Shown here: piece after piece, positions 12,471 to 25,289 of the stretch | How the letters are laid out: every line of letters starts with the position of its first letter | Position numbering within the stretch: the first letter of the stretch is position 1 | Notes under the pieces: model-generated | What the model was told of the DNA's origin: nothing | Database searches by the model: none | Seen by the model: the letters and a program-made list of their open reading frames with translations, nothing else | From: Octopus vulgaris | Taxonomy: Eukaryota | Assembly: GCA_951406725.2 (NCBI GenBank) | Contig: OX597821.1 | Location: forward strand, 98,952,001 to 99,016,000 | DNA length: 64,000 nucleotides | Direction: 5' to 3' | Translations under genes and position numbers: made by a program

Positions 12471-13650
12471 TCATATATATGTCTGTATATGTTTGTGCAT
12501 GTATATCTTACATAATTTTATGATTAATCTATCTGCTCTTGTTCTCTTCATATACTTTGACATATACTTTAAAAAATCTGTAATCACAGGAGAAATTTTG
12601 AAAATGTCCAGTGATTTCAGAATCCACGAATGTGGTATGCCGTCAAAGGCTGTTTTATAATCAATCCATGAAGAGCTGAGAATTCTGCGCTTCTTATCGC
12701 AGTTCTCAAGGATCATGCGATTAATTAGGAGCTGATCTTTGCATCCGTATGAGCCACGTCTGCATCCTTTTTGTTCAGTGGAAAAGAGGTTATTCTCTTC
12801 TATAAACGTATATGTTTTCTCTACTAGAATAGATGTCAAAATCTTATAGGTAGTAGATAAACATGTTATAGGCCGGTGGTTTTTTGGTTCTTTCGTTTCG
12901 TTAATTTTGGGGAGGAGGTAAGTAATACCATTTGCCATCCAATGGGGTGTTTTTTTCGGGTCTTTCATAATACTATTAAACAGTATTACTAACATTTTGT
13001 GTGCGGACGAGAGTGATGAGAGCCAGAAATTTGTTACTCTATCAATACCAGGGGATTTCCACTTATGAGCCTTCGTTAGTGCCCTCCTTAGGTCGGCGAT
13101 TGAGATATCTTCCCATACCTGTTCTTGTAGATTTTTGTATTCATCTTGGGTGCGTTTGATCCACTCTGCATTTTCATTGTATGGTTTCTCATCACTCCAG
13201 ATCCCCTTCCAAAAGTTTTCAACTTCTTCCATTAGGGGTGGATTTTCAATGGTTATTTTTTCTTTCCCTATTTCCCTGTAAAATGATTTGGCATTGGATT
13301 TGAACATCTCGTTTTGTTTGTAGAATTTGATTCTTTTCTCAAATCTGCGTATTCTCTGAGCTTTTGCTTGAACTTTTTGTTTAAGTGTTTCTTTCGCTAA
13401 CATTAGTTCTTCTCTTGTTCAGTGTCCATATTTTCTCACAATCTTCCTGCCTTTTCTTGATCTTCCATCATTTCCAGAGATTAGCTCAGTTAATATTGAT
13501 ATCTCCCTTCGCAATGATTCAATTTCAGTTTCAATTCTACTCCTCCAGTTTGATTTTCTATTCGGATTTGGTATTGTTGGCTTTTTGGGTGTTAAACAGT
13601 GTCTTTCGATTACCTTACCGACAGAGTAAATAATTTCATTTAATCTATAA
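12471..13650 (-). mobile_element. R4/Dong-like non-LTR retrotransposon, N-terminal + RT domains 0-3, 3' truncated
   Basis: ORF 12471-13403: KSPGIDRVTNFWL, NHRPITCLSTTYKILT, EQKGCRRGSYGCKDQLLIN, WIDYKTAFDGIPHSWI. Confidence 0.85.
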
Positions 13651-13816
13651 TAATAATAAGAGAGGAGCGGCTGGACGTGTTCCTCGCTGCTCTGACAATT
13701 CAATAGCCGAAAGCCGTAGAAACACTAATATGACCTTGTGGGACAACGGGGAAAAGATAACTCTCAAAGACTGGAATATCTACAATATCCTGTGAGTATT
13801 TACAATTCTCTTCAAA

Positions 13817-13943
<127 letters not shown>

Positions 13944-13949
13944 TCATAT

Positions 13950-15000
13950 ACACGCAACAGATTAGACTGTTGGAAAAGAAAAAATCCTGACATCGGGCTA
14001 CAAGTAACCTTAGATACCAAAAACACTTCTAAGTATCCTAGCTATCCCTAATAACATTGTTTTCAGGAGCTGTACTAAACTAGGTTTTATGCGTATTTCC
14101 TCTATCCATTGTACAAATCTTTAGGGATAGTTCCCAATGCACCTATAACTACTGAGATGCATTTTACCCGTATTTTCCATCGTCTCTATGGCCAGGTCCA
14201 GGTACTTTTTCTATACCTCTCTTATTGATATTTTTTCATCATTTAGGACCGTAAGGTCAATTATATGACACTTTCTATTCTCTTATCTACTACTACTAAA
14301 TCAGGCCTTCTAGCTTTTATTACTCTGTCCGTCTGAATTTTAAAGTCCCACAACATCTTATATTTCTTACTTTCTAGTACTTTACTAGGTTCATGTTCAT
14401 ACCATTTATCACTATGTTCAAATCTTAGTATCTACATAAATCCCAGTGGATTACTCTCCCTAGGTTGTCATGTCTTTTCTTGTATATTTTTTGTGCCAAG
14501 CATGCTACATTCAGTTACTATATGAGTAACGCTTTCCTCTTTTGATTTGCACAGCCTACATTGGGAATCTACTTGGTTTTTGTCTATCTTGGGTTTTATC
14601 CAATTAGTCTTTAATGCTTTATCTTGTGCTGCTACTAACAAACTTTTTGTTTCTCTTTTCAGCTTTCCTCTCTGCAACCATAACCATGTCTCACTCCTAC
14701 TACTTGTTGCAACTATCTTTGGGAATCTACCATGCAACATCTTCCCCTGCCAATCAGATAATTTCTGTTCTCTTTTCTGATTTTTAACTTTGTTTAGGTT
14801 TTTGGTTTCCCTATGTCTTGCTGTGACTCTGGCAGCTTTTAATAAGCTTTCTTCTCTGTTACCTACATAGGAGTCTATATCTGTTCTAGCTAACTCCACA
14901 TAGTCTTCTACTGATATTAAACCTCTTCCACCTGCCTTCCTTGGTAAGTATAGCCTTACTACTGCTTTTGGGTGGAGTCCTCCATTCATATTAAATTCCT
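13950..15000 (-). mobile_element. R4/Dong-like retrotransposon 3' part (thumb, CCHC, RLE endonuclease)
   Basis: RLYLPRKAGGRGL, LLVAAQDKALKTN, CRLCKSKEESVTHIVTEC, then RHD and WDFKIQTDRVIKARRPDLVVVDK in a shifted frame. Confidence 0.85.
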
Positions 15001-15070
15001 TCTTAGTTCTTCTGTCTAGATTCTGTCCAATCTACAAAAGCTGCTGAGTATATAAGTAATGACACTGCTC

Positions 15071-15121
<51 letters not shown>

Positions 15122-15135
15122 CATTATTATTATTA

Positions 15136-15176
<41 letters not shown>

Positions 15177-15435
15177 GAGTGAGAGAGCAGCGCCTGCCAT
15201 CAAAATGAGAGTGTGGTACAAATATACGAAACCCAATATACCCATCATGACTACCCGTCTGATTAGGGTACACCAGGTACATTCATCACAACCATATGTG
15301 GGTGACAAGGTGATCTCATCTCGAGATAAACAGTACATGACCTTTCAGATGGGGCCCAGTTCGAATTTTCTTCAGGTCGAGTAGCCCATCCCATTCCAAA
15401 GGTCCTTGAATGAGAGCTGTTTAAGGATTATTATA

Positions 15436-15516
<81 letters not shown>

Positions 15517-15766
15517 GAGTGAGAGAGCAGCGCCTGCCATCAAAATGAGAGTGTGGTACAAATATTCGAAGCCCAATATACCCATCATGACTACCCGTCC
15601 TATTAGGGTACACCAGGTACATTCATCACAACCATATGTGGGTGACAAGGTGATCTCATCTCGAGATAAACAGTGCATGACCTTTCAGATGGGGCCCAGT
15701 TCGAATTTTCTTCAGGTCGAGTAGCCCATCCCATTCCAAAGGTCCTTGAATGAGGGCTGTTTAAGG

Positions 15767-15820
<54 letters not shown>

Positions 15821-16070
15821 GAGTGAGAGAGCAGCGCCTGCCATCAAAATGAGAGTGTGGTACAAATATTCGAAGCCCAATATACCCATCATGACTACCC
15901 GTCTGATTAGGGTACACCAGGTACATTCATCACAACCATATGTGGGTGACAAGGTGATCTCATCTCGAGATAAACAGTACATGACCTTTCAGATGGGGCC
16001 CAGTTCGAATTTTCTTCAGGTCGAGTAGCCCATCCCATTCCAAAGGTCCTTGAATGAGAGCTGTTTAAGG

Positions 16071-16151
<81 letters not shown>

Positions 16152-16401
16152 GAGTGAGAGAGCAGCGCCTGCCATCAAAATGAGAGTGTGGTACAAATAT
16201 ACGAAACCCAATATACCCATCATGACTACCCGTCTGATTAGGGTACACCAGGTACATTCATCACAACCATATGTGGGTGACAAGGTGATCTCATCTCGAG
16301 ATAAACAGTGCATGACCTTTCAGATGGGGCCCAGTTCGAATTTTCTTCAGGTCGAGTAGCCCATCCCATTCCAAAGGTCCTTGAATGAGGGCTGTTTAAG
16401 G

Positions 16402-16402
<1 letters not shown>
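15177..16402 (-). repeat. Tandem array of four ~98% identical 251-bp units separated by (TTA)n
   Basis: Units at 15177-15427, 15517-15767, 15821-16071 and 16152-16402; strand inferred from the (AAT)n tails and the neighbouring Dong-like copies. Confidence 0.95.
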
Positions 16403-16454
<52 letters not shown>

Positions 16455-16580
16455 GGCAGCAAGGTGGCACAATCGTTGGCATGCCAGATATAATGCTTAG
16501 CGGCATTTTGTATGTCTTTACTTTCCAAGTTCTAATTCCGCCGCCATCGACTTTGTCTTTCACTTATTTTATCGGCCTTA
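16455..16580 (+). mobile_element. SINE family B, degenerate 5' part
   Basis: aaggcagcaaggtggcacaatcgttggcatgcc...ttccgccgccatcgactttgtctttca. Confidence 0.65.
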
Positions 16581-16582
16581 AA

Positions 16583-16662
<80 letters not shown>

Positions 16663-17446
16663 CATCAAGCATATATTTAGTTTTATTTTATACTTGTATT
16701 TATTTTCTTCTTTTCCTTTTGGCCTCTAACTTTCTTTTCTTCGCTCCTTTACTTTACCCTCCTTCTCTCACGTATCTGTTTATTGGAATGTCACAATTAA
16801 CTATTCATTAGCAAGTCTGCCTGGTTGTCTATTTGCTTCCTGGACTGATACTGACTTGGTATGCGAACTACAAAAAAGCCAATTTTGACACTAATTACCT
16901 GTCCGCTTGTAGACGCTCATCATGGGTTATTTTCACACCACAAGACCACTCGCTGATCTATTCATATTTTCTTAACAGGTGAAGTTACCCTTAATTAAAG
17001 AAATAAAATCATAAAAACTAACTAAATATAACAAGCTGGAATTGTTAAGGTCAAAGCGGCCGAGATCAAGTGGGCAATATAAATGTAGTTCACTTCATAC
17101 TATTACAGTAACCTTTCTATATTGAATGTAGTATAACGCAAATGAACACGCTTAAGTAACTGAGATTAAAAAGTGTTTTTCTTTTAATTTTACAAGGAAC
17201 CCCAATAAATCTAAGAATTCAGAATTAATTCACTTGTTAAATTGAAACTAAAACCAAACCCATATATTTTTGTATTTCATTTCACTCTATGAGGTTTTAA
17301 TAGATTATTCTCGAACGCATCAAGTTGTTCTGACATCAAATTGTTCATTTCATACAGTCACAGCAAACTTTCCACGTGAGATGAGATGAAACATTCAGTG
17401 TATCCCCGACAAGCATATCTGGAAGAACCATGCATCATTAACAAGT

Positions 17447-17541
<95 letters not shown>

Positions 17542-17543
<2 letters not shown>

Positions 17544-17720
17544 GCGAAAGCGTGGGTGGGTGAGTGATAAGAAGCTTGCTTCACAATCACATGGTTCCAG
17601 ATTTAGCCCCAGTACGTGGCACCTTGGGCATGTGCCTTCTACTACATCCTCGGGTTGAACAAAACCTGGAGAGAGGATTTCGTATATGAAAACATAAAGA
17701 AGGGAGAGACACAAACGCAT
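17542..17720 (+). mobile_element. SINE family A, 5' part
   Basis: gcttgcttcacaatcacatggttcc...gtggcaccttgggcatgtgccttctact. Confidence 0.7.
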
Positions 17721-17741
17721 GTATGTATATATATATATATA

Positions 17742-19690
17742 TTAATAGTAATGGTAAGATAACAAAAGAATGAAAGAGACCTCGATATTATGTAAATAGA
17801 GGAATTTATTTGTAATATATTTGACAATTATTCGGTTGCCATAATAAAACTCCGAGTTTGGGATGTTGGAGGGGAAACGTGCACCGGCATCTCTTCAGTT
17901 ATGGCAGGAATGCACATCAATATGATTAAGTCTATCGTTGGGCTTCCTATATCGTTGGGCTTATAAATATTCTTATTTAGATCTAAGAATACATCTAGGA
18001 AATTGACAACCGTCAGGTTGGTATCTGTAGTTTATGCTAAGACCGAAAGTTTTCATCATTTGGATAATGTCCTTCCTAAACCGATCTTGTGCTGGTCCAT
18101 TGGTATTTGCGGTTAAAGTTAGGGCATCATCTTTCTAAATGGCGAAATATACATCAGGAAAAGTCTTGCCCAACGTATCGAGTAGGAATAGTCCAATGAG
18201 ATTACATATACCTGCTCCATCATATGGCCCCATGCTCACATCGAAAGCACCCTGTGTATCGGTTGTCTTGATTCATTCTGTGTTCTCACTGAAGAGTAAG
18301 GTTTTTCTAGCTTGGAAGATTATCTTGAGTACTAATTTCTATAAATTCGCTTGGGAAAGTGAGGGCTTTATCTAGCAGTTCCTTAGTGATACAAGCATAG
18401 AAATCGACAATATCGAATTGTGTGAATCTCGCTTTATTCTTATTCTTAATGGCTTTAAACCAGTCAACAACTTCTATACTATTGGACCATTGTACTAACC
18501 TAGTAGCATTCCTGGCTTTCGCATTGATTTTTCCTAAAATTTCTTTACTGATAATACTAAGTTCTGATCTAGCTGTGTTAATAAGCCTACATTTAGGATT
18601 AAATAGGAAGTTCTTTTTATGGTCCTTGACAGTTATAAAGGCCTCTTTTTTTTCGAAGGAGCTCTATTTTTTTTTTATCTAATTTAAGTCTGGCAGCGAT
18701 AATGCTGGCTTCTTTATTAATTTCGTTATACATTTGTGGCCTAGCTTTCGTGTAATTATTGATGATGCTGTTGTATAGGAGTTGTGAATATGTGCTGTTT
18801 TCTACAAGGTGTAAGAGGTTTACGCAATTCGATATTGCCGATTTTTATACCACATGTGACTAATTATTTGTTACGTTTTTGGTCCCCTCTCCCAAAGATC
18901 ATATATAGAACTTGCTTTTTATATTGTCCACGTACAAGCATCTCTCAATACTTTTTATACATATTTCTTATACATTTTTTACATATTTTTTTTTACATAT
19001 TTATAGATATATTTTTATATTTTTATTGCTTTATATATTTTTACACTTTTTTCCTGTATTTTACCTTCCACCTTGCATTTTTCTTGTGCATGTGCGTATA
19101 TAGATGTGTATATGATGTTTTTGTGTGCGTGCGCATGAACGCGTGTGTGCGCGTGTAAGCGGGTATGTATATATGTATACATGTATATGCACATGTGTAT
19201 GGTTGCATATATACGTGGGAGTTCACGCGAGTGTAAGAGAACATATGCATGTATGTATACATGTATGTTTTTCAGACGTGTATTTGAATATAACTGTGCG
19301 CGTATGGATATGTGCACGTATGTGTGTGCGCGCGCGGATTTGTATACTTGTACATACATGGTTGCATATATATGTGCATTGATTTGGCGTATGCGTGGGT
19401 GTGCACATGTGCGTTTCATGCGAGTCTGAGTGAGCATATGCATATAGGAACATGCATGTGGGTGTGCGTGCGCGCATGTGTATGTATGTACATGCGCGCA
19501 CACGCGATTGCTGTGAGCTTTCTTACTCCTTTACTTTTTACTTCCTACCCTTCGGTTTTTCCCCTTATTTAACGGTCATTTTCATGGGTTATTTTAATTT
19601 CCTCGATAACTGAAGAGATGCCGGTGCACGTTTCCCCTCCAACATCCCAAACTCGGAGTTTTATTATAGCAACCGAATAATCGTCACATA
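17742..19690 (-). mobile_element. Penelope-like element (Naiad-like RT) relic bracketed by inverted pseudo-LTR segments
   Basis: Minus strand 17930-18850 reads AFITVKDHKKNF..PKCRLIN, FTQFDIVDFY, FDVSMGPYDGAGICNLIGLFLL..*KDDAL; inverted repeat 17823-17902 vs 19606-19685. Confidence 0.8.
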
Positions 19691-19709
19691 TTATATTATA
19701 TATGTGACC

Positions 19710-19910
19710 TCGTGTCTACCGCTGGCGATTTTTTTCCTCTGTCTTCCCTACTCTGGATCTTTCCTTCTCCTATGTTTCCGACGAAGAGCTCCGCTCGAAA
19801 CGTTAAACCCTCATTCTTTCCTTCTTTTCTGAGCGTCCAATAATACTATATTTGTTTCATGTCCTCGCGTTGTTGTGTTTTTTGTGTGCTTTCTTGTTTG
19901 GATTAACTTT
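19710..19910 (+). mobile_element. Short PLE-tail-like repeat with HHR-like motif at 19774-19808
   Basis: gttt-CCGACGA-a-gagc-tcc-gctc-GAAA-cgtt-aaac; followed by (TA)n. Confidence 0.6.
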
Positions 19911-19995
19911 ATATATATATATATATTGCATTTCTAGATCTCTCAGAGAGACTTACACAGTAGCAGCACTATAATGCGATGGCTTTTTGCCAACT

Positions 19996-20159
19996 TAATG
20001 TGGCAGTCACAGGAAAGGGAAGAATGCTACTACTATTTAGGCATTGGCTATGTGACACAAGCGTTGGGTATGTGACACAAGCGTACTGTGTCCTAATGTT
20101 TTCAAACATAAGGTCACAGTACGTTTGTGTCACTTAGCCAACTGGGACTGTCACATTAT
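19996..20159. mobile_element. Small palindromic MITE-like element
   Basis: Ends taatgtggcagtcacag / ctgggactgtcacatta; internal arms tgtgacacaagcgtactgtg / cacagtacgtttgtgtcac. Confidence 0.55.
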
Positions 20160-20213
20160 GTTGGCAACAAACCATCACTTTATATACATATATATATAGA
20201 TATAAATATAGAT

Positions 20214-20260
<47 letters not shown>

Positions 20261-20269
20261 CATACATGC

Positions 20270-20358
<89 letters not shown>

Positions 20359-20507
20359 TGAGTGTATTTTTGCCTTGTTAACAATTAACACGGAAAAAAA
20401 GATAAATAGTTACCAGGGTAGCAAAAAAAGCTCACAAGTAAAGAGGTTGTAACTCCTTGTTTATAAAGGTAGAAACTTCGTGTTTACGTGGAATTTTTTG
20501 TATAATA

Positions 20508-20627
20508 TATGAATAAATAAATGGAGTTTAATGCAAGCATAAATCAAATATTTTTACTTTCGACACATGTTTCAGTGGAAAGTAAAAATATTTGATTTAT
20601 TCTTGCATTAAACTCCATTTATTTATT

Positions 20628-20631
<4 letters not shown>
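20508..20631. repeat. Inverted repeat, ~54-bp arms
   Basis: tatgaataaataaatggag...ttttactttc / gaaagtaaaa...ctccatttatttattcata; the loop carries GAAACATGTGTC on the minus strand. Confidence 0.85.
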
Positions 20632-20693
<62 letters not shown>

Positions 20694-20694
<1 letters not shown>

Positions 20695-20949
20695 TAATAG
20701 TAATAGTATGACAACAAAAGAATGAATGAGACCCTCGATATTATGTAAATAAAGGAATTTATCTGTAAAATAATATGTGACAATTATTCGGTTGGCATAA
20801 TAAAACTCCGAGTTTCGGATGTCGGGGCGAAAATCTGCTCTGGCATTTCGTCATTTATTAAGACAAACTGACGAGATGGCGGAGTAGATTTCCGCCCCGA
20901 CATCTGAAACTCAGAGTTTTAATATGGCAACCAAATAACTGTCACATTT

Positions 20950-20957
<8 letters not shown>
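20694..20957. mobile_element. Inverted pair of PLE pseudo-LTR pieces, each with an HHR-like motif (same family as 17742/19606)
   Basis: Plus copy 20864-20922: CTGACGA-gatg...catc-t-GAAA-ctcagag-tt; mirrored at 20800-20856. Confidence 0.7.
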
Positions 20958-21042
<85 letters not shown>

Positions 21043-21045
21043 CAC

Positions 21046-21259
21046 GCTTTGTGTCTGTGTTTGTCCCACACCACACCACTTGACAACCGGTGTTAAAGTA
21101 TTTACGTCTCCGTAACTTAGCGGTTCGGCCAAAGACACCGATAGAATCAGTAACACGCTAAAAAATGTACTAGGGCCGATTCATTCGACTAAAATTTTTT
21201 CAAGGCGGTGTTCCCAGCATGGCCGCAATCTAAACACTGTAACCAGTAAAAGATAAAAG
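21046..21259 (+). mobile_element. SINE family A, 3' half
   Basis: gtgtctgtgtttgtccc...cttagcggttcggc...cagcatggccgca. Confidence 0.75.
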
Positions 21260-21918
21260 GTGTATGCATTTATGTATGTATGTATGTATGTATGTATGTA
21301 TGTATGTATGTATGTATGTATGTATGTATGTATCGATCTACCAGCTTGTTATGATCACGGTTATTAGCTCTGCAACTTCAAGGAGGTGAGAATTAATAAT
21401 TTAATTTGTTAATTAACCATATTCCATTCTTCCATTACAATATTTAGAACAATTTTGTTCTAAATAACAGATACTTAAACTCCAGTCTCGACAATAACGT
21501 TAGTTACATATAACATACGGTAAAAAATACAATAGAATTTTAAGAATGGCCAATAGCAGGTTAGTCTGTGCTATATATGTTTTATTAGTAATGCATTTTA
21601 TTGATTATACGTGCATTACACACTAGGAAAACACCTGCTATGTCTTACGATATGAAAGTGACCTTTTGATTTTCACATAGATACTGAATATGACCATGAG
21701 AACCCAACGAAACATTTGTCGTTTATATAAGGCACACATCTACAGTAAAATAGACTGGGGCACTGGGAGTTAAACATTTGCTACAAATACCTTGTCAACT
21801 CAGACAGTATATTTTGTGATTAAAAGAGTACCTTAATAACACCAGTATTTTGTTTATCTATAGTATTTTATCTTTTGATTTCACCAGATTTTTACACAGG
21901 GTTATTTTTTAAATAAAA

Positions 21919-22313
21919 CTAGCAGTATCGCCCGGCGTTGCTCGAGTTTGTAAAGGAAATAACTATATAAGCATTTTTAGAGAGTTGTAGCCAAAAAATA
22001 GCAAAAAATGCATTAAAAATAGAAAAAAAATTATGGTAAATTTTTTTTTTAATCGTTGACTCATCGTAGACATTTTTAGAGAGTTACTTCCCTTATATAA
22101 TAGCGAAAAAATGCATTAAAATGGAAAAAAATGGTGGTATCTTTTTTTAAATCGTAGACTCATCGTAGACGCGCGCTAATACCCAGAAGGGCTCGATATG
22201 AATCACGACTATAAGATACCCGGTTTTGGTTAAACTGCACCGCAAAATGTGGGAGTATTTAGGAATCTAAATCGTAGGAGGCAGACACACAACCTTACTT
22301 TTATATATAAAGA
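21919..22313 (-). mobile_element. Non-autonomous Helitron
   Basis: Minus strand A|TCtttatatataaa ... cgagcaacgccggg hairpin, gatactgCTAG|T; 3' end shared with 57603-57973. Confidence 0.85.
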
Positions 22314-23523
22314 TATAGAATAAGTATGTTTGAGAATGAATGATACTTGATATTATATAAATATTTATTTGGTAAAAAAAAGTATCAATATATATATATT
22401 ATAGAGAAAAAAATAATTAAGTAAATTGTCATTGCTGGATTAAAAGAAGTATCTTTATTTAACATGCTGGCTCAAATTCTCAAAGGCTTTGTAAGGATGG
22501 AAACGTCACAATCAGGAAGAGTTACAATTTGAGATGTAAGAATCAATATGGTAGAGCTTGCTGTGTTTTAATGTTATATGCATTAATATTCCTACAAGGA
22601 AATGAGATGGAATAATAAAAACAGGAGACCAAACTTTAAATCAGCCTCTACATTCTGAGCTCAAATTCTGCTGAGGTCTTTCATCCATCCGGGCTCAGTA
22701 AGATACGTACCAGTCACGTAGCAGGTCGGTTCAATTAGCTTTATTCTTTTCTTTGAATAGTGTAGCCCTGTGCGTATGTGAGAAAATAAACGTTAAGTTA
22801 CTATACGCTGTTAGCTACTTTGAGAAAATCATGAACGCAACATATCAACTTAGAAGTTTTATGTTTTCTCAAAAAGAAACCATTATTTTTACTTGAAAAG
22901 TTCTTTTGCTCTGCATAAAATTTTGGTTTTGACAGAATGCCTTCATAAAATCCTCTATTTTTCATAATATATTTTTGCGATGTACAATGTACTTCATTTT
23001 TTATAGAAGATTATGGAAATATTGCATTATAAATGGAATCTTTTCGTCTTCAGTAATGATATTTTCTAAGTTGGTTAATTGCTTATTTTGAAAATCGCGA
23101 AAAATTCATTCAAAATGATGAATTTGCTTAGGAAATTTATAGACAATTAAATAAATATAATATGAGATTTGTTGAATGGTTAAGTCAATTCTTGCACGAT
23201 TGATCTTACATTTATCACACGAATAGTCTGAAGAGCGTCCATGTTGACCATTTCAAGTCTGAAATAAAATCTGCAACTGAAATAGTGAAAGCTATTGTTG
23301 GTCAGTTTTAATAGTTAGCATTTCATTCGGTTACTTCTCTTTTCTTCGCCCATTTATTGCAACCATTACAAAATATGAAGCCTGGTATTAGGTTTTACAG
23401 GAGACAGTCTCAGGTTTTATGCGCTTGTATCGTCTGGAAAATACAAAAGAAAACAGAAAGATAAGGACTAATAAGTAAAACGTGTATGTATGTATGCACG
23501 TGTATATGTATGTGTATATATGC

Positions 23524-23569
<46 letters not shown>

Positions 23570-23575
<6 letters not shown>

Positions 23576-23786
23576 CGGGAAGCTTTATGAAAATAGACAA
23601 AAGACGAAGGCAGGTGGGAAACAAACAAACAATTGTATTAGTATGGCGCTCAGGAAATATAAATAAAACAAGTCTTTAACGTTTCGAGCCTACGCTCTTC
23701 AACAGAAAGATACACAGAGAGAAAAAAAACACAGAAAGAAGGAGAGAAAAAAAATGCGTGCAGTAACTAACGAATCAACATGGCGA
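23570..23786 (-). mobile_element. Short repeat family with HHR-like motif (23673-23710), in (TA)n
   Basis: Minus strand tcttt-CTGTTGA-a-gagc-gtag-gctc-GAAA-cgtt-aaaga; second copy at 31090-31290. Confidence 0.65.
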
Positions 23787-23794
23787 TATATATA

Positions 23795-23947
23795 TATATA
23801 TTTAGTGAGGGAAGAAATGGAGCTGAACGAAGATTTTACAAAATTCCTTTAGGGAATTTGCAGCCTTTGAAACATATGTAGAAAATAATAAAAAGGAATT
23901 TTGTAAAATCTTCGTTCAGCTCCATTTCTTCCCTCGCTAAATATATA
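23795..23947. repeat. Inverted repeat, ~58-bp arms
   Basis: atatttagtgagggaagaaatggagctgaacgaagattttacaaaattcc and its reverse complement; the spacer contains GAAACATATGTA. Confidence 0.85.
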
Positions 23948-24166
23948 AAACTTCAATTATCCGCACTAAGGCACGGTTGCGATACCCCATGGTCGTAACC
24001 TCAACCGTGATTTTTCTGTTGTGATTTTTGCTACCCAGGTATCGGTTATAATTTGAATAATCTGTAACAAGATAATTCATTTATCCATTTCAATATATTC
24101 TCTTTCTCTTTCTCTTTTACTTGTTTCAGTCATTTGACTGCGGCCATGCTGGAGCACCGCCTTTAG

Positions 24167-24209
<43 letters not shown>

Positions 24210-24961
24210 TATACAATAATAAAAGGGTAAAACTAATTAATTATTAATTAATTTTACCAAGTAGTGTTCAGTATGTAAAAAGACCATTTACGGTATATTT
24301 GAAACATTAGGTTATATAATTAGGGTTCAGTAAAATAATTTACTTTAGCACACACCGAACTTTTAGAAATAGCAGCCAAAAATTCTTAGCTATAAGAAAA
24401 ATCTCCCAGACAATGCATATATATATATATATAATACATATATACATACTCGTGCATATCTCCATTCAATCGCGCACGCATGCATACAAGTACGCGCACA
24501 TTCGTACACGTGCACACATGCGTACATATACAAACGCGCATATACATAGCTGCAAATTCTCTTTGCTAAAATATTTCCTCCTTTCGTAACGAAATTTTCT
24601 AGCGCCACGAAATGATGAGGTTTAAATAGATCAAAGTGGATTCGACGAGTGTCGAGGACTTTGTGATAGACGAGGGATTTAGGGATTCTATACAAGAAAC
24701 GAGAAATAAAATCAGATTACATGGTATACTTTGTTCCATCTCAAAACGCTTACCAAAGAAATCTAGATATTGGCTTCTGGGAAGATGATTCTTCCTTGCA
24801 ATAGAGCTATGACTGAAACTTTAGATCATTTGAATAAACAGCACTTAAAATTTTTTTTAATCAAATAATAATGAATTTTTCATTATGTAATTATAGAAAT
24901 AAGTACATTTACTGCTAATGAAACATTTTTTCAGTACAATTAAATTAAGAACTATATATAT

Positions 24962-25125
24962 ATAGAATAGTTGTATACTGTTAATCTAACGTGAACGTGA
25001 CAGTAGGGGATTACACCACCGCTGTTTAGCCCTAGGAAGCATCGATGCTTCCTAGGGCTAAACAGCGGTGGTGTAATCCCCTACTGTCACATTCACGTTA
25101 GATTGACAGTATACAACCATTCTAT
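24962..25125. repeat. Near-perfect 164-bp palindrome with no spacer
   Basis: Centred on atcgat (25041-25046); only a few mismatches in the outer arms. Confidence 0.95.
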
Positions 25126-25183
25126 CGCCCCACCACCGTACATGTCTCTATGAGATATTTAGAAATTTAATATTTCTGATATA

Positions 25184-25231
<48 letters not shown>

Positions 25232-25289
25232 TGTGTATGAGTGTGTATGTATGTGCGTTTGTGTGTGTGTTTTAGATTTTATATTTATT

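Noticed and set aside
13660-13730. HDV-like or type III hammerhead ribozyme (gagcggc..ttcctc..gctgctc)
   Set aside because: A hairpin is present, but the P1.1 GG and the P2 partner cannot be assigned, and it is antisense to the neighbouring retrotransposon.
15195-15260. SECIS-like ATGA...TGAT on the minus strand of the unit
   Set aside because: No well-paired upper helix and no apical AA.
15340-15400. Hammerhead in the 251-bp unit (minus: CTGAAGA...GAAAGGTC)
   Set aside because: No stem II pairing between the two core segments.
15177-16402. CRISPR-like array or tandem 69-aa gene family
   Set aside because: Constant units are 251 bp and the spacers are plain (TTA)n; no cas genes, eukaryotic context; the ORFs start at TTG created by the microsatellite.
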